DNA of 64,000 bases, taken from assembly GCA_016207165.1 (NCBI GenBank), contig JACQQD010000011.1, positions 32,001 through 96,000 on the forward strand, read 5' to 3'. How positions within the stretch are numbered: the stretch's first letter is position 1; each line of letters starts with the position of its first letter. The notes under the pieces are model-generated. The model searched no databases. It was not told the DNA's origin and saw only the letters and a program-made list of their open reading frames with translations. Shown in pieces: positions 1 through 9,093 of this stretch. The stretch comes from Candidatus Micrarchaeota archaeon (lineage in GTDB: Archaea; Micrarchaeota; Micrarchaeia; Norongarragalinales; Norongarragalinaceae). A program made the translations under genes and the position numbers.

Positions 1-81
1 GGCGTGTGCCCTTGGAAAACGATTTTGAGTATCTTCATATCCAAGAACCCGTCCGTTGATGAGTATAAAAGCATTCAGACA

Positions 82-98
82 CGTCCTGGCCGGTGAAA
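82..98. repeat. 17-bp direct repeat CGTCCTGGCCGGTGAAA, copy 1 (copy 2 at 795-811), flanking the TA module
   Basis: Exact match of 82-98 with 795-811. Confidence 0.85.
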
Positions 99-127
99 AC
101 AAAAAGAAAAGCGCCGGGGGGAGAATG

Positions 128-391
128 CTAAAAGTAACTCGAATACCATTTTTCGTATTGTTTGTGGTCGCCGACGAAGTAAAAGCGGACTTGATTTGAT
201 TCGTCAAAGACGCGGTACGTGATGCGGTGTTGGCCGGCTTCGTCCACGAAAAACCGAGTGTTCTTTCCCATGTGGCGCTTCTTGGGATACTCCAAGATTT
301 TCCGGATTTTTTTGACGACGCGTTCCTTGGTGACGGAATCCAAGGCCTCAAAGTATTTCGGCCAATCCTCGTCGAAGCTTTCGACAAACAT
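128..391 (-). CDS. RelE/ParE-superfamily toxin (87 aa)
   Basis: MFVESFDEDWPKYFEALDSVTKERVVKKIRKILEYP...HRITYRV...VRFYFVGDHKQYEKWY fits the RelE pattern and lies downstream of a small RHH gene. Start taken at ATG 391. Confidence 0.75.
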   Translation of the reverse strand: MFVESFDEDWPKYFEALDSVTKERVVKKIRKILEYPKKRHMGKNTRFFVDEAGQHRITYRVFDESNQVRFYFVGDHKQYEKWYSSYF

Positions 392-407
392 GGTTTTGGA
401 CAGGTGA

Positions 408-653
408 TTACTTGAGGTGCGTGGCGTAAGAGCCCAGGGCTTGGTCCGCTGCCAAGAGTTTCCGCTTGCCGGAGGCAATATCACGGTCGATGCGGTCCAG
501 TTTCGCGTTGACCAACGCCGTTTCGTCCAAAAAGCGCTTTTCGCCAAACGAGATGATGGCAAGTCGAATGGCTTCGGACTGCGAATTGGCAAAGCCTTTG
601 GCCACCATGTCTTTCACGATGTCCTTGGTTTTGCCACGCAGAATCACGTTCAT
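408..653 (-). CDS. Ribbon-helix-helix antitoxin (ParD/CopG-like)
   Basis: MNVILRG...DMVAKGFANSQSEAIRLAI matches the RHH G-x-x-x-S-x-SE-x-IR pattern. A GGAGGT SD lies upstream of ATG 653. Confidence 0.7.
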   Translation of the reverse strand: MNVILRGKTKDIVKDMVAKGFANSQSEAIRLAIISFGEKRFLDETALVNAKLDRIDRDIASGKRKLLAADQALGSYATHLK

Positions 654-699
654 GTCGCTCAATACAATTACCTCCACCATGCATTAAATATGCTTCGTT

Positions 700-720
700 A
701 ATGATCCAATTTGGATCATT
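700..720. promoter_or_regulatory. Perfect palindrome AATGATCCAA-T-TTGGATCATT, probable TA autoregulatory operator
   Basis: 10-bp arms directly upstream of the antitoxin gene. Confidence 0.6.
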
Positions 721-794
721 TACATGTAGGATCTCGGACTTTTGCATTTCAGCTTCATGATAGACACGATTGGTTGTTCTTTAATGTGGAGAGG

Positions 795-811
795 CGTCCT
801 GGCCGGTGAAA
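795..811. repeat. 17-bp direct repeat, copy 2
   Basis: Identical to 82-98. Confidence 0.85.
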
Positions 812-872
812 GGGGGACGCGTTGGGTCTTACCCGTCAATTGCGGCAAAAAAGGATACAAAAAGAGGGGGGG

Positions 873-2183
873 TTAGAAGCGGTTTCTGGGCTTGAATCGA
901 GAGGTTCCGGATGGGCGACGGCTGAAGTGTTGACGTGGACCGTGCCCGCCAAACCCTCCGCGGTGGCCGCCCCGTCCACCAAAGCCTCCCCGTCCACGGC
1001 CCCGTCCTCTTGGAGGCGGTCTTGCCGCGGCTCCGGTCGCGTTTTTCGCGGTTTCAGAATGCAAGGCGTGGTCCATGACTTGGATTTGTTCGCCGATGAG
1101 GCGTTGGATGTCGTTGAGGTAAGAGCGCTCGTCAGCCGCGCAGAAGGAATAAGCGGTGCCGTCGGCTCCGGCTCGTGCCGTTCTTCCGATCCGGTGGACA
1201 TAAATCTCGGGTTCGTTGGGCAAGTCGTAGTTGATGACGTGGGAAATGTCGTCGATGTCGATGCCTCTTGCCGCAATGTCGGTGGCGACGAGGACTTGGA
1301 CGCGGTTTTTCTTGAAGTTGTCCAGCGCCTTGATGCGTTGGTTCTGGCTTTTGTTGCCGTGGATGGCATCCGCCCGAATCCCGTGGTGGGTGAGCATGTA
1401 GGCCACCTTGTTGGCCTTGTGCTTCATCAGCGTGAAGACCAAGACGCGCGTCAAGTGGCTTTGCTTGAGTAGGGAGACCAATAACTCGTCTTTTTTGTCG
1501 GAGTCGACGAAGAAGAGGCGTTGCTCGATTTTTTCCACGGTTTTGCATTCCGGCGTGACTTCCACGCGCACCGGATCCTTCAACAAAGAGTTGGCCAGTT
1601 CCCCGATTTGGGGGGACATGGTGGCGGAAAAGAAAAGCGAATGGCGTTTGGGGGGAAGCAAAGCGATGATTTTTCGGACGTCGCGGTAAAAACCCATGTC
1701 CAGCATCCGGTCGGCCTCATCCAAGACGAAGTATTGCACGCCGTCCAATCGGATGTGGCGTTGTTGGATCAAGTCCAACAACCGGCCCGGAGTCGCGGTG
1801 AGGAAATCGACGCCGTGGTACAAGGCGCGCACTTGCGGGCCTTGGCCCACGCCGCCAAACACGACGGCGCGCCGCACGCGAAGGAATTGGGCGTAGGCGG
1901 CAATGCTTTCGTCGATTTGGAGAGCCAACTCGCGGGTGGGCGTCAAAATCAGGACTTTCGGGGTTTTTGAAACCAGGGACGTGGGGCGATTAGTCAAGTG
2001 CTGGAGGATGGGCAACGTAAAGGCGGCGGTCTTGCCGGTGCCGGTTTGAGCGATGCCCAACAAATCGCGGCCGTCAAGTAAAGGCGGAATGGCTTTGGCT
2101 TGGATGGGAGTGGGTGTGACGTAGCCTTGGTGCTTTAAGGCGCGAAGGATGGGTTCGATGAGGTGGAGTTGGGCAAACGGCAT
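873..2183 (-). CDS. rhlE: DEAD-box RNA helicase, RhlE-like
   Basis: Q motif, AQTGTGKT, PTRELA, DEAD, SAT, HRIGRTAR and an RGG-rich tail. Start at ATG 2183 (MPFAQLHL). Confidence 0.93.
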   Translation of the reverse strand: MPFAQLHLIEPILRALKHQGYVTPTPIQAKAIPPLLDGRDLLGIAQTGTGKTAAFTLPILQHLTNRPTSLVSKTPKVLILTPTRELALQIDESIAAYAQFLRVRRAVVFGGVGQGPQVRALYHGVDFLTATPGRLLDLIQQRHIRLDGVQYFVLDEADRMLDMGFYRDVRKIIALLPPKRHSLFFSATMSPQIGELANSLLKDPVRVEVTPECKTVEKIEQRLFFVDSDKKDELLVSLLKQSHLTRVLVFTLMKHKANKVAYMLTHHGIRADAIHGNKSQNQRIKALDNFKKNRVQVLVATDIAARGIDIDDISHVINYDLPNEPEIYVHRIGRTARAGADGTAYSFCAADERSYLNDIQRLIGEQIQVMDHALHSETAKNATGAAARPPPRGRGRGRGGFGGRGGHRGGFGGHGPRQHFSRRPSGTSRFKPRNRF

Positions 2184-2292
2184 GGTTTGGTTCCTGGTAA
2201 AGATTAAAGGTAGTTGCAATAAAAGTGGACGGCAGGGTTTATTTAGGTCCCAGGTTGGGCAGGCACCCGTTAACGGGTCCTCTCAATAAGAA

Positions 2293-2494
2293 CGCCGGGG
2301 CCGAGATTTGAACTCGGAAGGACCGAAGTCCACTAGATGGCTCGGACTAGAACCCTTTTCTCCCTCAAAAATGCGCAAGCATTTTTGGGGCCCCGCAAAC
2401 CCTAAAGGTTTGCGCTGGTTTCATGGAAGTTTTCTTTTCGGGAAAAGAAAAGTTCCCTCGAGTCTAGCGCGTTACCGGATTCCGCCACCCCGGC
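2293..2494 (-). tRNA. tRNA-Ser(CGA) with a 118-nt intron at canonical position 37/38 (5' exon 2494-2457, intron 2456-2339, 3' exon 2338-2293)
   Basis: Acceptor stem GCCGGGG/CCCCGGC plus G, anticodon arm CTAGA-CT-CGA-GA-TCTAG after splicing, long variable arm, TTCAAAT T-loop. BHB formed by the CTCG/CGAG helix with AG|G and CC|A bulges. Confidence 0.92.
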
Positions 2495-2547
2495 AGGATG
2501 GAGTAATTGGTTGGTTGAAAAGACCTAAAAAGGCTTTCAGAATAGAA

Positions 2548-2628
2548 ATGGACTACGAACTTGAACGCATATTGTCTGAATTTATCGAAAAGCACGAGAA
2601 GGCTTTGAAAGTCTTGGCCAAATACTAG
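2548..2628 (+). CDS. Possible 26-aa microprotein MDYELERILSEFIEKHEKALKVLAKY
   Basis: Amphipathic helical sequence filling the gap between the tRNA and the next ORF. Confidence 0.3.
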   Translation: MDYELERILSEFIEKHEKALKVLAKY

Positions 2629-2682
2629 TTTTGACTCGGTTCGGAAATCTATTTCTTTGCATTTGTTTTGAATGCTATATCC

Positions 2683-3666
2683 ATGGGAATCGTCGAAGCG
2701 CGGGTGAACGGGGGAAAGCACCGAATCGTCATTCAGCTGGGGTTGCACCAAGGGGAGTCGCGGCTTGACAGACCCGGTGGATTGGTGACGTTCTCTGATT
2801 TTGAGCCGGAAATCCGGGGCGAGCAAAGGATTTTCGTCGAGGGAGCGACGGTATTTGACGGCGGCGTGTGGAAAAAACCGGAGTCCGAGAAGGTCGAGGC
2901 GTACAAGCGGTTCCGGGACAAGGCGGCATTGAACGTCAATGCGTTGTTTGAACCGGGAGCAAAAGCCGCGCATCGGCCGGTGGACGCGTTCATTGTCGAG
3001 CAAAGACCGGTGCTCTTGTTTCCGGATGTGTACCCCAAGCCAAAGTCAAGGCGCTTGCATGAAGAGCAAGTTGACCGCCACGATTCCTGGGTGAACCGGT
3101 TTAGTTTGGCGCTTAAAGGCGTTGGAGCCGTCGCGCTTGGGGCTACGGGCCTCCATGGATTTTTGGACTTGGCGGTACCCAAGGAAAAGCGCATGACCCG
3201 CCGCACGTTTCTGAAGGGATTGTTTGCCGGCTTGGGCGCGCTGGGACTTGGGTACGTGGCGGCTAAAACATTTACGTGGCATCGGGCGAATTGGGTGGAT
3301 CGGGAACTGGCAAAACCCGGAAGAATCACGGGGGTGCGGGATTGGCTTCGGCGGATTCACGCGAACATGAAAAACCCGTTGACCATCGTGCACCTTCGCA
3401 ACGCGATTCTGGCTGAAAAAATCGAGCGCGCCATGCGACGCGAATTCGGGGAAAAAGAGGGCTCAGCCGGATTGGTCATCGGAGCGGCGCATGCCGGCAT
3501 CGTGGAATACCTGGAGGACCCGGAGTTGCGGCGCCACGTCATCGCGCAATACGAGAATCTCAATGAACTGATGGACGAACAACTCAGCGGATTCGTTCGG
3601 CACGTCCGATACGACGCCAAGAAAAAAATGTACTTGGTTTCAGACATGGACGAAGGGTTTCGCTGA
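2683..3666 (+). CDS. Hypothetical membrane protein with an internal twin-arginine-like motif
   Basis: Long ORF with two hydrophobic segments and internal MTRRTFLKGLFAGLGALGLG. Start uncertain (2668 or 2683). Confidence 0.7.
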   Translation: MGIVEARVNGGKHRIVIQLGLHQGESRLDRPGGLVTFSDFEPEIRGEQRIFVEGATVFDGGVWKKPESEKVEAYKRFRDKAALNVNALFEPGAKAAHRPVDAFIVEQRPVLLFPDVYPKPKSRRLHEEQVDRHDSWVNRFSLALKGVGAVALGATGLHGFLDLAVPKEKRMTRRTFLKGLFAGLGALGLGYVAAKTFTWHRANWVDRELAKPGRITGVRDWLRRIHANMKNPLTIVHLRNAILAEKIERAMRREFGEKEGSAGLVIGAAHAGIVEYLEDPELRRHVIAQYENLNELMDEQLSGFVRHVRYDAKKKMYLVSDMDEGFR

Positions 3667-4173
3667 CTAGTACACGCTGAGTTTCTTCACGGAGGATAAG
3701 TCCGCCAATTGTTTGAGGACATTCGCCGAAGGCTTTTTGGATAAAAGCAGGAACAACTTGGGGTTCTCAAAGAGTTCGGGGTCCTCCGTCAGAATCTGGC
3801 GGATGGGGACGTGGTGTTCGGCAAGCACGCGCGTGACGTCCGCCACGATTCCGGGCTTGGCGGCGTTGGGCGGCTCGATTTCCAAGACTTGGATCTTGAA
3901 GACCGACGCCGACTTCAAAAAAAGCGGGCCGGCGGGCTGAACGGTTTCAAACACCGGCTTCAAAAAGGCGTCGTCCTGGATTCGGGACACAGTGGCCCGG
4001 ACGACTCTTCGGTCCACGCCGCACGAATCCGCCAAGGACACGTCCTTGACTTGCACGTCGCCGCAATAAACCTTCCCTTGGGAAACGCGAAGACCCAAGC
4101 CCAAGAGTTTCTTGGCCACCCTTTCTTGGGCGGGAAAACCGGCAAAGGAGTCCTTCAAGCGCTGCCAAATCAT
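3667..4173 (-). CDS. trpY: TrpY-like ACT-domain regulator of amino acid metabolism (COG2150 type)
   Basis: MIW start with the only Trp at residue 3, an HTH-like SLADSCGVDRRVV segment, and C-terminal ACT motifs PGIVADV and IRQILTEDPEL. Divergent from trpE. Confidence 0.8.
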   Translation of the reverse strand: MIWQRLKDSFAGFPAQERVAKKLLGLGLRVSQGKVYCGDVQVKDVSLADSCGVDRRVVRATVSRIQDDAFLKPVFETVQPAGPLFLKSASVFKIQVLEIEPPNAAKPGIVADVTRVLAEHHVPIRQILTEDPELFENPKLFLLLSKKPSANVLKQLADLSSVKKLSVY

Positions 4174-4175
4174 GA

Positions 4176-4213
4176 TGTACTTTTTTGTACTACAAAGATA
4201 TAAATAGTGCACT
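4176..4213. promoter_or_regulatory. trpY/trpE control region: two TRP-box-like TGTACT hexamers (4176-81, 4186-91), TATA box TATAAATA (4199-4206), palindrome AGTGCACT (4206-13)
   Basis: Near match to the TGTACA TRP-box consensus known for Methanothermobacter TrpY, located next to the TATA box. Confidence 0.65.
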
Positions 4214-4237
4214 GGGTAAGGATGGAACCGGTTAGAT

Positions 4238-5579
4238 ATGGGAGTCGGTTTTCTTTGGCCACAGCCAAACCAAGTCGCAGTCGCTGGACACGAAACTGGA
4301 TCCGCTGCAGGCCTTTGAGCGCGTCTACGTCAACTCCGAGCATTGCTTCTTATTGGAATCCTTTGAAAAGGACGGAACCCTCGGGAGGTACTCGTTTTTG
4401 GGTTTCAATCCAAAGCACCACATCCGCGTCAAAAACGGCGTCACGCACTTTGACGACGAGGAACGCGACGAAGACCCGTTTTTGTTTTTGAAATCCTTTT
4501 GCATCTCTTCCAAAGCCCAAGGCTTTCGCGGCGGGGCGGTGGGCTACGTGTCGCATGACGCCATCCAGTACATCGAGGACTTCAAGCCAAAAACCGGAAG
4601 CTTTCCAGACTTGGAGTTCGGCGTGTATTTGGACGGCGTGATTTTCGACCACCAAAACCATTCCACCCGCTATGTGTACCACGACGAAAACCGGGTGGAC
4701 GAATTGGAGGCGTTGTTGCGGGAGGAACCCGGCGAACAAAAAACAAGCGTCAAAGTCTCGGAACCGTTTTTCGGAGAGGAAGAGTTCTGCGAGGCCGTGG
4801 GTAAAGCCAAGGAACGCATTGCCGCCGGCGACGCGTTTCAAATCGTTTTATCCAGGAAGTATCCCGTCAAATTCGAGGGCTCGAAAATGCCGTTCTACAA
4901 AGCCCTCCGGAAAACCAACCCGTCGCCGTACCAGTACGTGTTGAAAATGGGGGACCGGGAAATCGTGGGTTCCAGCCCCGAACAGTTGGTCCGCGTGGAG
5001 AACGGCGAGGCGACCACGTTTCCCATCGCCGGCACCCGTCCCAGAGGCAAGACCCCGGAATTGGATGAAGCCCTGGAAAAAGAGTTGGTTTCGGATCCCA
5101 AAGAACAAGCCGAACACGCCATGTTGGTGGATTTGGCGCGCAACGACATCGGCCGGATTTCAAAGGCAGGCACGGTAACCGTCAAGCGATACGCGGAAGT
5201 CAAGAAGTTCAGCCACGTCCAGCACCTCGTCTCGGAAGTCTCTGGAAAACTCAATGGGTCGGCGGTGGACGCGCTTAAATCCGTGTTTCCCGCGGGCACG
5301 CTTTCCGGAGCGCCCAAGCTTTCGGCATTGAAAATCATTGACCAACTGGAGCCCCAGCCGCGGGGGCCCTACGGCGGAGCCGTCGGATTTTTGTCTTTGG
5401 ATGGAGCCTGCGATTTCGCGATTTCCATCCGAACGCTTTTCTGCGACGGCAACCAAGGATTCGTCCAGGCTGGCGCCGGAATCGTCCAGGACTCCGTGGC
5501 CGAAAAAGAATTCTTGGAAACCCAGCACAAGGCGCAAGCGCTCTTGGACTGCTTGAAACAACAAACCGATTTGGCGTGA
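4238..5579 (+). CDS. trpE: Anthranilate synthase component I; N-terminus apparently needs a +1 frameshift near 4253-4258
   Basis: Motifs FLLES, GDAFQIVLS, NPSPY, PIAGTRPRG, EHAMLVDLARND, PAGTLSGAPK. The TrpE-like frame runs upstream of TTG 4353 to a TAG at 4233 with no ATG/GTG/TTG. The confidence applies to identity; the start is inferred. Confidence 0.9.
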
Positions 5580-6154
5580 AGAAAAAAATGAAACTATTGG
5601 TTTTGGATAACTTCGACTCGTTCACCTACAACCTCGTCCAACTCTTCCAAGCGCAAGGGGCGGATTGCCTGGTGTTTAGAAACAACGCATCCATGCACCA
5701 AATCGAGAAACTGCGGCCTGACGCCGTCTTGATTTCGCCGGGACCTGGAACCGTGGAGAACCCCAAGGACTTCGGCGTGTGCGCGCACGTTTTGAAGGCG
5801 CTGGACGTGCCGCAGTTGGGCGTGTGCTTGGGGCACCAGGGCTTGGCCTACGTCTTCGGAGGAAAAATCAGGCGGGACACACCGGTACACGGCAAGACGA
5901 GTTTGGTCACGCACAACGGCAAAGACGTTTTCAAGAACGTCAAGAACCCTTTTCGGGCCGCCCGCTACCACTCGCTGGTCGTGGACGCAAAAACCGTGCC
6001 GGATTGTCTGGAAGTCACGGCGCACGGGCCCAATCAGGAAATCATGGGGCTAAAGCATAAAGAAAAGCCGTTGTTTGGCGTGCAATTCCACCCCGAGTCC
6101 TTCATCACCGAAGACGGAGTAAAAATGGCGAGAAACTTTTTGGACTTGATTTGA
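5576..6154 (+). CDS. trpG: Anthranilate synthase component II (glutamine amidotransferase)
   Basis: DNFDSFTYNL, SPGPG, GVCLGHQ, RYHSL, QFHPES. Start at GTG 5576 or ATG 5588. Confidence 0.95.
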   Translation: MKKKMKLLVLDNFDSFTYNLVQLFQAQGADCLVFRNNASMHQIEKLRPDAVLISPGPGTVENPKDFGVCAHVLKALDVPQLGVCLGHQGLAYVFGGKIRRDTPVHGKTSLVTHNGKDVFKNVKNPFRAARYHSLVVDAKTVPDCLEVTAHGPNQEIMGLKHKEKPLFGVQFHPESFITEDGVKMARNFLDLI

Positions 6155-7147
6155 ATGGATGAATTGATCACCGCATTGGAAACCCGGGAAAACCTTTCCG
6201 AAAACCAATCGGAACAGCTGGCCGACGGGTTCCTGGACAACACGATGAAGCATGAAGACATCAAGCGCGTGCTTTTGGCGTTGAACGCCAAAGGGCCTTG
6301 CGTTGAAGAAGTCGTGGGCTTTGCGAAAAGCATGCGGAAGCATTCCATCAAAATCCACCCTCAACGCCAAGTCGTGGACACGTGCGGCACCGGAGGCGAC
6401 GGCGCCAGTACGTTTAACATTTCGACTACCGCGGCGTTCATTGTCGCGGCCTGCGGCCAGGCCGTTGCCAAACACGGCAACAAAAGCGTTTCAAGCCAAA
6501 GCGGGTCCGCCGACGTCTTGGATGCGCTTGGATTGAACATCCACGTGCCGCCTGAAAAAACGCAGGACATGATTGACGAAACGGATTTTGGCTTCCTCTT
6601 TGCGCCGTTGTACCATCCGGCCATGAAGCACGTGGCGCCGGTGAGAAAAGAGTTGGGCGTGAAAACCATCTTCAATCTATTGGGCCCGCTGACGAACCCA
6701 GCCAGCGCCCAATTTCAAGTCATCGGCGCGTACGATGCCAAAACGCAGGCGTTGCTGGCGGAAGCCGTAAAACGGTTGGGCACGCAACGGACGTTGGTGG
6801 TGAAAGGCGAGAAGCTAGACGAAGCCGGTTTTGGTAAAACCCAGGTCTTGGATGTGACCAAAAAGGGCATTGATGCATTTGAATTGCATTCCGAGGAATT
6901 CGGGCTGAAAGGCGCCGTTGCGGATTTAGTGGTTGAAAACGCCAAGCAAAGCGCCTTGTTTGTCCGCCAGGCGCTGCAGGATGACGGGGTCAAAAGCAGG
7001 GTGGCGGCACTTAACGCCGCGTTGGCGTTGTATGCGGCCGGGAAGGCGGAAACCGTTCAAGAGGGGTTCACCAAAGCCAAAAACGTCTTGAATTCGGGCC
7101 GCGCCATGTTCAAACTCCAGGAAGCCGTGTCGGTGTCCAAGCTATGA
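6155..7147 (+). CDS. trpD: Anthranilate phosphoribosyltransferase
   Basis: DTCGTGGDG, FNIST, KHGNKSVSSQSGSADVL, NLLGPLTNP. Confidence 0.95.
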   Translation: MDELITALETRENLSENQSEQLADGFLDNTMKHEDIKRVLLALNAKGPCVEEVVGFAKSMRKHSIKIHPQRQVVDTCGTGGDGASTFNISTTAAFIVAACGQAVAKHGNKSVSSQSGSADVLDALGLNIHVPPEKTQDMIDETDFGFLFAPLYHPAMKHVAPVRKELGVKTIFNLLGPLTNPASAQFQVIGAYDAKTQALLAEAVKRLGTQRTLVVKGEKLDEAGFGKTQVLDVTKKGIDAFELHSEEFGLKGAVADLVVENAKQSALFVRQALQDDGVKSRVAALNAALALYAAGKAETVQEGFTKAKNVLNSGRAMFKLQEAVSVSKL

Positions 7148-7902
7148 CGTTTTTGGACGACGTGTTGCAAGAAGTTGAAGAAAACGTTTTGACGGGTTAC
7201 TACAAGAAGCGTCCGGGAAAACCCGTGAATGCAGGACAAGTCTCTCTGGAAGGACGGCTTGAATCCTCGTTTACGATCATCGCGGAAATCAAGCCCCAAT
7301 CCCCCACGCACGGAACGCTTTTTGAAGGCGACGCGGCCGAGTTGGCGGAAACCTACAAAAAAAACGGCGCGGGAGCCATTAGCGTGTTGTGCGAGCCGAA
7401 CCGTTTTGGCGGTTCGCTGGAAAACCTCTCCAAAGCCAAGAAAACGGGTTTGCCGGTTCTAGCCAAGGACTTCGTCCTTTCGTTCCATCAATTGGACGCG
7501 TACAAGGCGTTTGGCGCGGACGCCGTGCTTCTGATCCACGAATTGTTTGACGTGAAAAAAACCGAGGGAAGTCTTGACGAATTCATTGCCGCCGCCCACG
7601 AAAAAAAGTTGGAAGTCGTCTTGGAAGTGCATGCCCGGCACGGCTTGGAGGAAGCGGTGCAGACAAAAGCGGACGTGATTGGCATCAACAACCGGGACCT
7701 GTACACCCTGGCGCTAAACCCCTTGCATTACCAAAACGTGTTAGGCGACATTCAACCGGACCGGCCCATCATTGCCGAAAGCGGGTTTAAGTCCAAAGAA
7801 GACCTGGAAATAGCCAAAGCCGTGGGCATCAACGGCGTGCTGGTGGGAACGGCGCTCCTGGAAAGCGGCGACCCCGGCAAATCATTGAGGGAATTGTTGT
7901 GA
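7144..7902 (+). CDS. trpC: Indole-3-glycerol phosphate synthase (not fused to TrpF)
   Basis: [35 protein letters not shown]. Confidence 0.93.
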   Translation: MTFLDDVLQEVEENVLTGYYKKRPGKPVNAGQVSLEGRLESSFTIIAEIKPQSPTHGTLFEGDAAELAETYKKNGAGAISVLCEPNRFGGSLENLSKAKKTGLPVLAKDFVLSFHQLDAYKAFGADAVLLIHELFDVKKTEGSLDEFIAAAHEKKLEVVLEVHARHGLEEAVQTKADVIGINNRDLYTLALNPLHYQNVLGDIQPDRPIIAESGFKSKEDLEIAKAVGINGVLVGTALLESGDPGKSLRELL

Positions 7903-9035
7903 CGTACTTCGGCTCGTTTGGCGGCATGTACGTGCCGGAAACCTTGGTCGCGCCGCTGCAGCGCATCCAGCGCGAGTACGCCAAACGCAAAAACGATTCC
8001 CTGTTTCAAACCAAGTTCCAGCAACTGTTGCGCGAATACGCGGGAAGGCCTTCGCCCCTGTATTTCGCGGAAAAACTGTCGAAAGCCTACGGCTGCAAGA
8101 TTTACCTGAAACGCGAGGACCAGCTTTACACCGGCTCGCACAAAATCAACAACGCCTTGGGCCAAAGCCTGTTTGCCAAATCACTTGGCGCAGAGCGGGT
8201 GATTGCAGAAACTGGGGCGGGACAGCATGGCGTGGCAACAGCCACCGCGTGCGCGCTGTTGGGATTGAAGTGCGTGGTGTACATGGGGTCGGAAGACGTC
8301 AAGCGCCAGTACTTGAACGTTCAACGCATGAAGTTGCTTGGAGCGGAAGTTCGGCCCGTGGATTCGGGGTCCAAGACGCTGAAAGACGCCATCAACGAAG
8401 CGCTTCGCGACTGGGTGGCACAACCGGAAAGCTATTACTTGATTGGTTCCGTCGTTGGGCCGTCGCCTTACCCTGAAATGGTGCGGGACTTTCAACGCGT
8501 GATTGGCGACGAGACCCGAGAACAAGTCATGCAACGCGAGGGAAAGCTTCCCGACGTGTTGGTGGCGTGCGTGGGTGGCGGCTCGAATGCCATGGGCTTG
8601 TTTTATCCGTTCAAAGACGAGCATACCGTCAAGAAAATCGGGGTGGAAGCCTACGGCGCCGCATCGCTTTGCTTTGGAAAAACAGGCGTGCTGCACGGCG
8701 CGAAAACCAAGGTGCTCCAAGACGCCGACGGACAAATCATGGAGACGCACAGCATTTCAGCGGGGTTGGACTACTCGGCCGTAGGCCCCGAACATGCATT
8801 CTTTCAGGAAACCGGGATCGCGGACTACTCGGCGGTCAACGACGAACAGGCACTCGCCGCATTCCGGGAATTATCCATTCAAGAAGGCATCATTCCGGCG
8901 TTGGAATCCGCGCACGCCGTAGCCAAAGGCCTGGATTTGGCGCAGATCCTGGACAAGGACCAAATCATGGTCATCAACTTGAGCGGCCGCGGCGACAAAG
9001 ATACCCATGCCCTTGAAGCGCTTGGACTGAAATGA
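7899..9035 (+). CDS. trpB: Tryptophan synthase beta chain
   Basis: [44 protein letters not shown]. Confidence 0.97.
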   Translation: MTYFGSFGGMYVPETLVAPLQRIQREYAKRKNDSLFQTKFQQLLREYAGRPSPLYFAEKLSKAYGCKIYLKREDQLYTGSHKINNALGQSLFAKSLGAERVIAETGAGQHGVATATACALLGLKCVVYMGSEDVKRQYLNVQRMKLLGAEVRPVDSGSKTLKDAINEALRDWVAQPESYYLIGSVVGPSPYPEMVRDFQRVIGDETREQVMQREGKLPDVLVACVGGGSNAMGLFYPFKDEHTVKKIGVEAYGAASLCFGKTGVLHGAKTKVLQDADGQIMETHSISAGLDYSAVGPEHAFFQETGIADYSAVNDEQALAAFRELSIQEGIIPALESAHAVAKGLDLAQILDKDQIMVINLSGRGDKDTHALEALGLK

Positions 9036-9093
9036 AACGAAAAAATCGGAAATAGATTGGGCGACGAAAAAAATCAAAAAAAAATAAGAAAAA

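Noticed and set aside
4207-4491. 94-aa ORF (ATG 4222) as the TrpE N-terminus via a -1 shift
   Set aside because: ATG 4222 is probably upstream of the TSS implied by the TATA box, and there is no canonical X-XXY-YYZ slippery site. It is not fully excluded.
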